A stretch of 30,295 bases of DNA from Minisyncoccia bacterium (GTDB lineage Bacteria; Patescibacteriota; Minisyncoccia; Phycocordibacterales; UBA2100). The notes beneath the pieces were generated by a model. It saw only the letters and a list, made by a program, of their open reading frames with translations, was not told the DNA's origin and ran no database searches. Positions 8,057 through 16,851 of the stretch are shown piece after piece. The stretch covers positions 1 through 30,295 of the forward strand of contig JBKJSQ010000057.1 of assembly GCA_046594495.1 (NCBI GenBank), in the 5' to 3' direction. The position numbers and the translations under genes were made by a program. The stretch's first letter is position 1. The number at the start of each line of letters is the position of its first letter.

Positions 8057-8704
8057 TTACGCAGTAACCGGAGCAGCAGATTCCGCGGGCACGACTTCGC
8101 TCGCCTTATGACCAAGTGTTCGATACGCGTATACCATCGCGAGCGACGATACCGGAATCGTGACGAGGAGCGGCACGAGCAAGAGAATCGCACCAACGAT
8201 ATTGATGACCGCTATCGCGAGCACAAACAGGAAGAGTGTCATGCGGTTTCCTTTTGTAATACGCACGCTTTCCTTGAGGGCTTCGATTGGGCTGAGTTTA
8301 CGATCAACGATGATGAATTTTACGAACAAAAGTGCGACTGCAGCAATAATGCCCGGAACGATGAGGAGCACGAGCCCTACGACTACGATGGCAGCAGTCA
8401 AAAGTGTGGCAGCGAGGTATGGCAGGTATTGTTGCGGATGCCAAAGATCCGAAAGTGTTGCACTCTCCGGATTGTCGAAGATCTTCAGCATCGTAGCCAC
8501 CACACCAAGGTCGACGAGCGTTGTGATTGCAAGGTTTAGGAGGCCTCCAATCATGTTGCCCTCTTTACCTATCATCCCGATTACAAATCCCGTCACCCAT
8601 GACACCATGAGAATAATGACCGTCATACCGATAAAAAAACCAGGGCGCTTTTTAAAGGTTTCCCAGCCAAACTTAAACGCCGCTTCTATAGAAAATGTTT
8701 GCAT
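8057..8704 (-). CDS. Conserved membrane protein (DUF975/GDPD-membrane-domain-like)
   Basis: Hydrophobic; LLIVPGII, IEALKESVRITKGN pattern typical of this family. Confidence 0.7.
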   Translation of the reverse strand: MQTFSIEAAFKFGWETFKKRPGFFIGMTVIILMVSWVTGFVIGMIGKEGNMIGGLLNLAITTLVDLGVVATMLKIFDNPESATLSDLWHPQQYLPYLAATLLTAAIVVVGLVLLIVPGIIAAVALLFVKFIIVDRKLSPIEALKESVRITKGNRMTLFLFVLAIAVINIVGAILLLVPLLVTIPVSSLAMVYAYRTLGHKASEVVPAESAAPVTA

Positions 8705-8768
8705 AGCTCAACGCTAGCACGAGAACGGGCGTTTCCTAGTCGTTACAGTGGAGACGACAATGGAACAA

Positions 8769-10448
8769 TCAGGGAAGCATGTCGAGCAAACGAAGCGCGA
8801 GTCCACCGCGGAATGTGTCGCGTTCGATCGTAACAATGGCAGTCGTCGGGGCCTCGAGTGAGGGAACCTGAGTAAAATCATCCGGTCCGCGGAAAAAGTC
8901 GTACGCGCGCTGCTCACAACCGGTTTCGGTGCATGTGAGCGTGACTTCCACATGATTTTTTTCCTTTCCGAATCGCTTCATACTTGTCACCTTGGCCTGG
9001 CTAATGCGTACTTTCGGCTTCGGATTGCCCATGCCAAACGGTGCGAGTTTCGCCATGTCACGAAAGAGCGGCCACGACACCTGTTCGAGCGTCAGTGTCA
9101 TGTCGTGCGAAATAAGCTCTTTCTCCGCAGCACGTTCGAGCGTAGTAGCTGCGCGAGCCATGTCTTCCTGCAGCGTATGCACCTTGTCGGGAACCACGGA
9201 GAATCCCCCCGATGCCGCGTGACCACCGAACTCCTCGAACGAATCTTTGGCTGCAGTAAAAAGTTCCACAACCGAAAGTGAGCCATCGGAGCGGCACGAA
9301 CCTTTGATCGCACCGTTCCCATCGCGCCCCCACAAGCACACCACGCCACCGCGATCATTCATGATTGAGTTTGCAGCGAGACCGAGTAGCGCCGGCTTCC
9401 ATTCCGGATTTCCAAGCACCACCACGTGATCGGATTCAGTGAAGCGCTCTTTTGCCCGTTTCTTAATTTCGCGCACGATCCCCGCGACGACCACCTTTCG
9501 TGTCGCGAACAGTTTTTCAAGATCCGAGGCAATCGCGTCTGCCTCCGCATGGTCTTTTGTAGTAAGCAGTTTGAACGCAAGCAATGGCTCACCCATACGC
9601 GATGCCGCATTGATACGTGGCCCAATGGAGAACCCAATATCTTCTTCGGTGAGCTCTGCTTTTCGTAGTCGAAGCTTTATGCACAGCGCTGTTATTCCCG
9701 GTCGCGGCGATTTGCGCAGTACCTGGAGTCCCCAATGAGCGAGCACCCGATTCTCCCCAATGAGCGGCACCATATCGGCAATAGTTGCAATAGCGACCAA
9801 ATCGAGCAGCCATTTTTCCCACCCGTTAGGAACGCTCAAGTAGCGAGCAATCTCGCGGCGCTTCCCTTCGCGAATTGTTGCCTGCACAAGCTTGAACGCC
9901 ATCGCAGCTCCACAGAGATCAGGAAACGGATATTCACCTCTCTTTGGGTTGAGTATCGCAATAGCTTTGGGTGCATCCCCAATGAGCTCATGGTGGTCGG
10001 TGACAATTACGTCCACGCCGAGCATGTTTGCGTGCGCAACGGCGTCAAACGCATTGGTGCCAACATCAACAGTAATAATGAGCTTTACAGCGTCGCCGGC
10101 GAGCTCAGTTATGGCAGCGGTATGAAATCCGTATCCCTCGCGATCGCGATGCGGAATGTAGATGCGTACATTCTCGTAGCCAATTTTTGCAAAGAAATCA
10201 CTCAATACGGATGCGCCAGGAATGCCGTCGCAATCAAAGTCGGCATACACCGCGATTCGCTCGTTATTCTCGATTGATCTGATCATCCGATCCGTCGCAA
10301 GCGACATGTCGGCGATGAGCTCGGGGGCGTGCGTGTGCGCATCGTAATCAGGTTGCAGAAATACTCGAATTTCGTCTGCAGTTGTCACGCCGCGCCCCTT
10401 GAGGAGTGAGCGTACAACATCGCTCAACTCGATCTCGGCAGTTTGCAT
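8769..10448 (-). CDS. recJ: Single-stranded DNA exonuclease RecJ
   Basis: DHH motifs YADFDCDG, ITVDVG, VTDHH, ATIADMV, GPRINAASR, GGHAASGG and LAPFGMGNP; start MQTAE 7 nt after TACAAT. Confidence 0.93.
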   Translation of the reverse strand: MQTAEIELSDVVRSLLKGRGVTTADEIRVFLQPDYDAHTHAPELIADMSLATDRMIRSIENNERIAVYADFDCDGIPGASVLSDFFAKIGYENVRIYIPHRDREGYGFHTAAITELAGDAVKLIITVDVGTNAFDAVAHANMLGVDVIVTDHHELIGDAPKAIAILNPKRGEYPFPDLCGAAMAFKLVQATIREGKRREIARYLSVPNGWEKWLLDLVAIATIADMVPLIGENRVLAHWGLQVLRKSPRPGITALCIKLRLRKAELTEEDIGFSIGPRINAASRMGEPLLAFKLLTTKDHAEADAIASDLEKLFATRKVVVAGIVREIKKRAKERFTESDHVVVLGNPEWKPALLGLAANSIMNDRGGVVCLWGRDGNGAIKGSCRSDGSLSVVELFTAAKDSFEEFGGHAASGGFSVVPDKVHTLQEDMARAATTLERAAEKELISHDMTLTLEQVSWPLFRDMAKLAPFGMGNPKPKVRISQAKVTSMKRFGKEKNHVEVTLTCTETGCEQRAYDFFRGPDDFTQVPSLEAPTTAIVTIERDTFRGGLALRLLDMLP

Positions 10449-10588
10449 GTGCAGCATTGTATCTCACAACGATAGTTGTTCACCGCGTGGGATAACAAAC
10501 TCCGAGACCACGCAAGCTCAAGTCCTTCGCATGCATCCTGCGCCTCTGCTTTATCGACCTCGGGTATCCAATGGGGTACACTCTCGAC

Positions 10589-11002
10589 ATGAAGGACTGT
10601 GTCTTCTGTAAAATCATTCGCGACGAATTACCCTCGTCCCGTATTTACGAAGACGACAAAGTACTAGCAATCCTCGACATAAATCCGGTTTCTACTGGGC
10701 ATACGCTTGTTATCCCAAAAAACATAAATACACGAAATATTTTTGATGTTCCCCTTGAGGATTGGGCGGCAATGACTGCGGTCGTGCATAAACTCGCATC
10801 TGCAATCGAGCACGCAGTACAAGCAGACGGCATTAATATTCTCATGAACAACCGCGAACATGCGGGGCAAGTAGTAGATCACCCACATATTCATATTGTG
10901 CCGCGATACAAAGGCGATGGACTTCGATTATGGCCGCACGGAAGCTACAAAGACGGACAAGCTGCGGATCTGGTGAAAAAAATACTCGAGGCACTCGGAT
11001 AA
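10589..11002 (+). CDS. HIT family hydrolase
   Basis: DCVFCKI, GHTLVIPK and the HPHIHIVPR histidine triad. Confidence 0.92.
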   Translation: MKDCVFCKIIRDELPSSRIYEDDKVLAILDINPVSTGHTLVIPKNINTRNIFDVPLEDWAAMTAVVHKLASAIEHAVQADGINILMNNREHAGQVVDHPHIHIVPRYKGDGLRLWPHGSYKDGQAADLVKKILEALG

Positions 11003-11032
11003 ACAAACGGCGCCTTTCGGCGCCGTTTGTTT
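11001..11032. terminator. Bidirectional terminator
   Basis: aaacaaacggcgcc-tttc-ggcgccgtttgttt between convergent genes. Confidence 0.85.
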
Positions 11033-12632
11033 AATTATCTGCGGTCGTACACGCACCTTCGTGAACAAAATCTGCGTTCGAGTTATTCATTTGGCAACGG
11101 TTGGAATATGTTTGCGCCTGATGCATTTGGCACATGAGTGCACACATCATTCCTGGCGGGCATGTATTTACACAGCCCTGTGGACGGCCACACACTGGTG
11201 CATAGTCGGCTGTGCACGCCGTTTGTGACACCTGCACTGTTGCGGTTGATCGTGCTTCTTTACCTTCGCTATCCGTGACCGTAAGCGCCACGGTGTAGGT
11301 GCGGGCAGTCGAGTACGAGTGCGTAAACGAAGTGTCCTGCTGGATACTCGCCTGCGGCGCCATTGCACGCATCGAGCTATCAGTGGTCGGCCACTCGTCG
11401 CCCCACACGATCGAATATTTGAGCGTCCCGTTTTCCGGATCGGTTGCCGTGATTTTCCATGTACCGATTTCGTTTACGGTAAGTGATACTGGTCCTGAGA
11501 AGGTGGAGATTACCGGCGGCTTGTTCGTCGACGTATCGTCAAAGTATGCGGTGCAGTAGGGCTTCGTCATGCTCTCTGGGGTACATGCCCGGAGCGTGCA
11601 GTACGCGGGACCACCGTTTTCTGAGCGGCCACACGAATTGCAGCCGTCACTCCATGATTTGCACATCGGATTGCTTTCAGGATTGGCTGTCGTATCTTTA
11701 CACTCTCCGTTGTAGAGGAAGGACGCGCCGTCGGCTTTCATGGTGCATAGATTGCCATAGGTCGTAGGCACTGGATTACATGGCGTCGTAATGCACACGA
11801 CCGGCTTTCCTCCGCAGACAGGATTGTATTCTCTCGTGCATGCGATAGGGGCATCTCCAACTATGACGCGTTCAGTCGCAAGCGTCGTTTCTTTGCAGCC
11901 GCCGATGCACATGCCTCCCGCTTTTACGATAGAAACCGTATATGATCCGTTTTTACCATAGGTGTGGCTGAACGATACTGGGTTTACACAGCGGGATGGA
12001 TAGATCTCTTGCGGCGAAACTTGGCAATGGACCCACTGTCGTTCTGAACCGTCGCCGAAATCAATGAGTGTGTCCTGACCATCAGCCATGCTTGGGCGAT
12101 AATCGGAGGCGTCGCCAGTCTTTACAGTTACAGTGACGGTAAGCGGCGCACTACCTTTTTGAGGAGACACATTCAGAAGCGAATTACCGCTGTTGGTGCA
12201 CCACATTTTTATGCGCTCGCGCGAAAGAGGGCCAAAAGCCCCGATAGCAGATACACCATTGTTTGACTGCCACTTTGCGACTGCCTGCGCTGTTGCAGGA
12301 CCGAAGTAGCCTGTTGCTGATGCTCTCAAAAATCCCTCTGTTGAAAGATATTCTTGAAGACCGCGGACATCATCACCAGTGTGTCCACGCGAAAGGTTTC
12401 TATTGAGGAGTGTGCAAATGCGAACCGGTTTAACCTCGCTCCAGGCGCTGACCGTCTGCGCTGAAGATGATGAGGTCGTCTGCTGCTTCATCTGCAATTG
12501 CAGCGATGCCACTTTGGCGAGTAAGTCTTTGATCTGTGATTGCAGATCTTCTATTGAAAGTGCCGAGGTGGCAAAAGGCGCCACGAATGCGACCGCGATA
12601 ATAATGCCGGCTACGAGTGATTTGGTATTCAT
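11031..12632 (-). CDS. Secreted protein: peptidoglycan-binding domain, two PKD-like domains, two Kazal-like and one pacifastin-like Cys domains
   Basis: Signal peptide, coiled coil, PG-binding (LSRGHTGDDVRGLQEYL...GYFGPATAQAVAKWQ), PKD (IDFGDG...HTY; WGDE...HSY), CTREYNPVCG..TYGNLC, CTADYAPVCG..TYSNRC, CNSC..CTLRAC. Confidence 0.8.
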   Translation of the reverse strand: MNTKSLVAGIIIAVAFVAPFATSALSIEDLQSQIKDLLAKVASLQLQMKQQTTSSSSAQTVSAWSEVKPVRICTLLNRNLSRGHTGDDVRGLQEYLSTEGFLRASATGYFGPATAQAVAKWQSNNGVSAIGAFGPLSRERIKMWCTNSGNSLLNVSPQKGSAPLTVTVTVKTGDASDYRPSMADGQDTLIDFGDGSERQWVHCQVSPQEIYPSRCVNPVSFSHTYGKNGSYTVSIVKAGGMCIGGCKETTLATERVIVGDAPIACTREYNPVCGGKPVVCITTPCNPVPTTYGNLCTMKADGASFLYNGECKDTTANPESNPMCKSWSDGCNSCGRSENGGPAYCTLRACTPESMTKPYCTAYFDDTSTNKPPVISTFSGPVSLTVNEIGTWKITATDPENGTLKYSIVWGDEWPTTDSSMRAMAPQASIQQDTSFTHSYSTARTYTVALTVTDSEGKEARSTATVQVSQTACTADYAPVCGRPQGCVNTCPPGMMCALMCQMHQAQTYSNRCQMNNSNADFVHEGACTTADN

Positions 12633-12724
12633 AGCACAAGTATATGACAATTTGTTTATATAAAACGGCACATTTCTAGGTGTCCGTGTATATAAAGACG
12701 CACCTCCATGGCACTTCTTTCAGG

Positions 12725-12749
12725 ATGAGTGACGTCGGACGTCACTCAT
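12725..12749. repeat. REP-like palindrome after pgk
   Basis: atgagtgacgt-cgg-acgtcactcat, 11-bp arms, no U-tract. Confidence 0.6.
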
Positions 12750-12752
12750 TCG

Positions 12753-13880
12753 CTATTCAAGCGCTTCGAGCCCTGGGAGCGTACCCTCGAGGATGTACTC
12801 GAGCATCGCTCCCCCACCTGTTGAGAGAAATCCGAGGTTTTCGCGCCGCATACCACTTTCCTCAATAACCGCGATGGTGTCGCCGCCGCCTATAACCTTT
12901 CGCGCGTCCGACTTTGCAATGAGTTCAGCAATTGCATGTGTCCACTCGCCGTACCCTCCTTCATAGAGACCGGACGGCCCATTCCACAGTATGAATTTTG
13001 CTTCAGCGATTTTCGGCGCAATAAGCGCAAGTGTTTCCGGACCAATATCAACAATTTTGTCGCTCGATTCGACGTCGCTCGGATGTTTGACGCGCGCTTG
13101 TTTGTCGAGGCGCTCAACGGTCACATCGATGGGTGCCAAAAAATGCGGATTGTCCAGCACATCTTGGCCGGGTAGCTCACTGGATATTGTAGATCGGCCC
13201 ACAGGCAACCCGCGCGCTTTGAATACGTCATTGGCAAGCGCGCCGGTAATAAATACCGTGTCGTATGCAGCAAGGAGGGAGCGGATGAGTGGAGCTTTTG
13301 TTTCAAACTTTGCGCCGCCCAGTATTGCAAATGACGGGTGGAGCGGCGCGCGCGCAAGCGAGATCTCGCGGACTTCTGCGTCTATGAGCAGCCCTGAATA
13401 GTGTGGAAGATATTTTGGAATGCCAACGATCGAAGCATGCGAGCGATGTGCAGCCGAAAATGCATCGTTTACATAAATGTCCCCGAGTCCTGCAAGCTCG
13501 CGCGCAAGACCGTCATCATTTCTAATTTCACGGGGATCGCGGCGGAGATTTTCGAGTAAGAGCACATCTCCGTCGCGCATGGCGTGTTTCGCGTCATGGG
13601 CAACTTGCCCGGTGAGATCTTTTACGTAGGTTAGCGCCACCTCACTTTTGAGCGCGCGTGCAACCAGTGCATTCGTTTCATCTGGGTCGCGCCCGATGTG
13701 GGACAAAATTATGACGCGCGCACCGATTTTTGCGAGATAGGCAATCGTTTCTGCTGAGCGACGGACGCGGAATAAATCGGCAACTTCCCCCGTTGCAGTA
13801 AGTGGCACATCAAAGCCCGCACGAACGAGGATGTATTTCCCCTTCAACTCACTCTCAGGCACATCTCGAATGCACTTCAT
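12753..13880 (-). CDS. pgk: Phosphoglycerate kinase
   Basis: VRAGFDVP, SHIGR, LLENLR, NDAFSAAHR, LGGAK, WNGPSG, GGGDT, LSTGGGAMLE; start MKCIRD 2 nt after the tpiA stop. Confidence 0.93.
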   Translation of the reverse strand: MKCIRDVPESELKGKYILVRAGFDVPLTATGEVADLFRVRRSAETIAYLAKIGARVIILSHIGRDPDETNALVARALKSEVALTYVKDLTGQVAHDAKHAMRDGDVLLLENLRRDPREIRNDDGLARELAGLGDIYVNDAFSAAHRSHASIVGIPKYLPHYSGLLIDAEVREISLARAPLHPSFAILGGAKFETKAPLIRSLLAAYDTVFITGALANDVFKARGLPVGRSTISSELPGQDVLDNPHFLAPIDVTVERLDKQARVKHPSDVESSDKIVDIGPETLALIAPKIAEAKFILWNGPSGLYEGGYGEWTHAIAELIAKSDARKVIGGGDTIAVIEESGMRRENLGFLSTGGGAMLEYILEGTLPGLEALE

Positions 13881-13882
13881 GT

Positions 13883-14635
13883 TTATGCGGTGCCAAGAGC
13901 TAAAATAAGTGCGGTCATTTTGCGCGAGTCCGACGAAGCGCGCCCAACGAGCAAGCCTTCCACATCTCCGTCTTTGCACATTTCAACTGCGGTAGTTTCA
14001 TCGATGGAGCCCCCGTAGAGAATTCGCATCTGCATGCCAACTTCGCCATGAATTCCTACGACGGTTTTTCGTATAAAAATAGCCATCTCGTGCATGTCGC
14101 GCGGCGACATCGGGCGTGACGCGCCGATGGCCCACACCGGCTCGTACGCGATCAGCACTTTTTTTATCATCGGCTTCTGCACACCCTCGAGACCAACCTT
14201 GATTTGTTCTGCAACAATTGCAAAATGCTCTCCGGAATTTGTTCGCACCGTTTCGCCAACACATAACACCGGTGTCATGCTGAGTGCAAGCGCAGCTGCC
14301 ACTTTTTTCTTTGTATCGGTGTTCGTTTCGCCTCCTGCACGACGCTCGGCATGTCCAACTAGTACATACGTCGCTTTCGCATCACGTACCTGAGTCAGGG
14401 ATATGTCTCCTGTAAACGCCCCCGCAACTTCCGCGTTGGCTGACTGCGCACAAAACGCAATGCGCTTTCCCTTATAGAGCAGTCGTAATTGTCGAAGATA
14501 CAAACTCGGGGGTGCGACTACGATGGAAACCTGTTTCGCTTTGTCGCCCGCTTTGCGAGTAGCATCAAGGAGTGTTTTTGCTTCATTAAATGAGGGCGGA
14601 TTCATCTTCCAATTCGCAACCAGCAACGTTTTCAT
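13883..14635 (-). CDS. tpiA: Triosephosphate isomerase
   Basis: ANWKMN, AFTGDIS, VGHAERR, AYEPVWAIG, LYGGS, LLVGRAS. Confidence 0.95.
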   Translation of the reverse strand: MKTLLVANWKMNPPSFNEAKTLLDATRKAGDKAKQVSIVVAPPSLYLRQLRLLYKGKRIAFCAQSANAEVAGAFTGDISLTQVRDAKATYVLVGHAERRAGGETNTDTKKKVAAALALSMTPVLCVGETVRTNSGEHFAIVAEQIKVGLEGVQKPMIKKVLIAYEPVWAIGASRPMSPRDMHEMAIFIRKTVVGIHGEVGMQMRILYGGSIDETTAVEMCKDGDVEGLLVGRASSDSRKMTALILALGTA

Positions 14636-14746
14636 CCCGTTAGAAATAGGACGCGAGAGACAATGCTCCGAGCCCTAAATTATTATCGTGTGTAAATATC
14701 CCCTGATGGCTATCTGGACCGACGCGTCCGCGATTTCTAACGGGAT
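14634..14746. mobile_element. 113-bp MITE-like element with 14-bp terminal inverted repeats in the tpiA leader
   Basis: atcccgttagaaat (14634-14647) / atttctaacgggat (14733-14746) plus inner ggacgcg/cgcgtcc pairing. Confidence 0.5.
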
Positions 14747-14805
14747 TCATGCGCCGAATTGTATCACGGTCGTTTTTCTATACGTCTGACCGTATACGGC
14801 GTACA

Positions 14806-16251
14806 TCAACGCCCGTACTTTTCGCGCCAGAGCGCAAGACCAAAGTCAGTTGACGTTACCGGCGTGAACGGCGGCGGCGAGAGCGCGAGGAGCTGATCGT
14901 AGTAATCATAGCGAGTCTGAAAGCCCGAGCAGAATATGCCGCCGCAAATCCACGACGTTCCGGTGCGACCATTAGAGACGACCGTCCCGATCGTGCGCAA
15001 ACTAGTCTGAGAAACGTATTGATCAAGCGCGCTTGGTATGTTGTTGATTGAGAAATAATCACGCCCGTAATGTCCACTTTGCGCAACGAAAATGCCGTGG
15101 ATTTCCATATTGTCAGGAACAATGAGCGGAATGAGCACGTTACGCTCCGCAATCACGGTCAGTCCGTCGGTTCCATCATATGAGTTGTAATAGATATTGT
15201 TGTTGAGATACACGTCCGGGGTCGTACCCTGGGCAGCGGTTGCGGCCACAACCGTAACCTTCGCATTCACCGTCCCCTCCACCCATACACGATCCTCAAA
15301 ATACATGAGCGAACAATCGGTCGGCACCGCGAAGGTTCCGATCAGGCTTTGGGCTGAAATCACACTGAACTGACTCGTGTTGCCGTATTGACTCGATGAG
15401 CTGGGATATCCGTCGGTCGAGGTCACGCGATAGAGTGTATAGGTGCCGTCTGCGTTAAATATAACGTGATAGCCGCGTGAGTTTGCGGGGCCGGACGCCG
15501 GAGGATAATAGACGCCGCCACCGGTCTGCGCCTTGGTCTTCAAGTCGGTAAAGTTTGTAGCAATAAGGGCAAAGTCGATTGTGGGTACCGGATACTCCCA
15601 CAATTCAGGATTTGCGCCGCTTCCCATGACACCCGGAGCATTCGTTTGCGATGGGGCACAGCCGTAACTCGACGTGCAGTTCCAGTCTGTCACAGAACTC
15701 GACACGATTGAATTGGTTCCCCCATCCATGCGGACACCTCCGTTGGAGTGGTATGCCCCGCGAATATCCCTATCGGAACCCGCCCACACGTTTGTATTGA
15801 CCACGTATGAATACTCGGCGACTGTCGGGCGCATGTACCGCGCTGTAATCGTGCGTGGAAACTGGCGGTCTGCATAGGCGACGCCGGTCGATTCCAAATC
15901 AATCCACTGCACCGCGCCGCATTGCATTGATGCTGATGCGGTGACTGTTGCGTCTCCCACAGCTCCTGTTTCGGGATCAGTTTCAGTATAGGTTGTGCTC
16001 ATGAGTCCGGTTCCACTGCTTGCGATTGAGGGGTTGTGCGCAAGGAACCACCGATAGTATTCAAGCCCTGCTTCTGCAATGTGGAGCGCCTGTTCACGCG
16101 CTGCGAGCGCTCTTCCATACCGCGACTGCGTGAGCGCGTACCCGGAAATCGTCGTCAAAATTAGTACGAACAGCCCCATATACAGCAACACCAAGAGCGT
16201 TGTTACGCCCGACTGTGCCCCGCGCCCATTGTGATGTGTTTTTGTGTACAT
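14806..16251 (-). CDS. PilX/GspK-like minor pilin with a large C-terminal domain
   Basis: SG|VTTLLVLL hydrophobic N-terminus without Glu5, then QALHIAEAGLEY (PilX N-terminal motif); lies in the pil cluster. Confidence 0.7.
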   Translation of the reverse strand: MYTKTHHNGRGAQSGVTTLLVLLYMGLFVLILTTISGYALTQSRYGRALAAREQALHIAEAGLEYYRWFLAHNPSIASSGTGLMSTTYTETDPETGAVGDATVTASASMQCGAVQWIDLESTGVAYADRQFPRTITARYMRPTVAEYSYVVNTNVWAGSDRDIRGAYHSNGGVRMDGGTNSIVSSSVTDWNCTSSYGCAPSQTNAPGVMGSGANPELWEYPVPTIDFALIATNFTDLKTKAQTGGGVYYPPASGPANSRGYHVIFNADGTYTLYRVTSTDGYPSSSSQYGNTSQFSVISAQSLIGTFAVPTDCSLMYFEDRVWVEGTVNAKVTVVAATAAQGTTPDVYLNNNIYYNSYDGTDGLTVIAERNVLIPLIVPDNMEIHGIFVAQSGHYGRDYFSINNIPSALDQYVSQTSLRTIGTVVSNGRTGTSWICGGIFCSGFQTRYDYYDQLLALSPPPFTPVTSTDFGLALWREKYGR

Positions 16252-16253
16252 GG

Positions 16254-16850
16254 TTATTTACCGATGAGGTTTCGAATTGCGGCAGACGAATAGAGACTAA
16301 TTTGATTGGGAAGTGTCTCAAGATGTATGTTCACACCGAGCGTAACTTTTACAAATCGGATGGCGGTGTATGCGGCTGTGGAAGAGGCGACTTCTGTACC
16401 GAGTGCGTCGTAGTATCGAAACGTTGAAGTCCCGACGGAAAGGTTTCGTACGTATTCCGACACAACGTTCGTTGTTTCGGTGCCGATGTAACTCGGCGGA
16501 TTTCCGGTCGGATTCAAGACACCGCGCATGAGCGTCGAACCCGATAAGTAATAGTGTACTCTCTCGATTAAAGGGTCCTCGTCGACATCCGCATAAAACA
16601 CAAAGTCATGCGGCGCAACCGACACAAGGGGAAATGCGCCCTCGCTCGAGAACGCCGCTTCGCGAACAGCGCGCACCACGGAATCAAGCCCGCGCTGGGC
16701 CGAAGTAACGGCAGTTGCTTGCTCGAGCGAATACGCGTTGGTTCGATAAAAGTACAAAACGGTTGAAGCGATTGCAGACATTGCAGCAACCATGAGCCCA
16801 ATCCATACCATCGCTTCAATAAATGTCATTCCACGTGATTTCATACGCAT
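16254..16850 (-). CDS. Type IV minor pilin/pseudopilin (PilW/GspJ-like)
   Basis: Class III signal RG|MTFIEAMVWIG. Confidence 0.8.
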   Translation of the reverse strand: MRMKSRGMTFIEAMVWIGLMVAAMSAIASTVLYFYRTNAYSLEQATAVTSAQRGLDSVVRAVREAAFSSEGAFPLVSVAPHDFVFYADVDEDPLIERVHYYLSGSTLMRGVLNPTGNPPSYIGTETTNVVSEYVRNLSVGTSTFRYYDALGTEVASSTAAYTAIRFVKVTLGVNIHLETLPNQISLYSSAAIRNLIGK

Positions 16851-16851
16851 A

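Noticed and set aside
2883-13979. Long N-terminal extensions given by the ORF track for SOD (2883), RNase H (8196), HIT (10571) and Pgk (13979)
   Set aside because: Most overlap neighbouring genes and all lack family similarity; downstream ATGs fit the -10 spacing or operon coupling.
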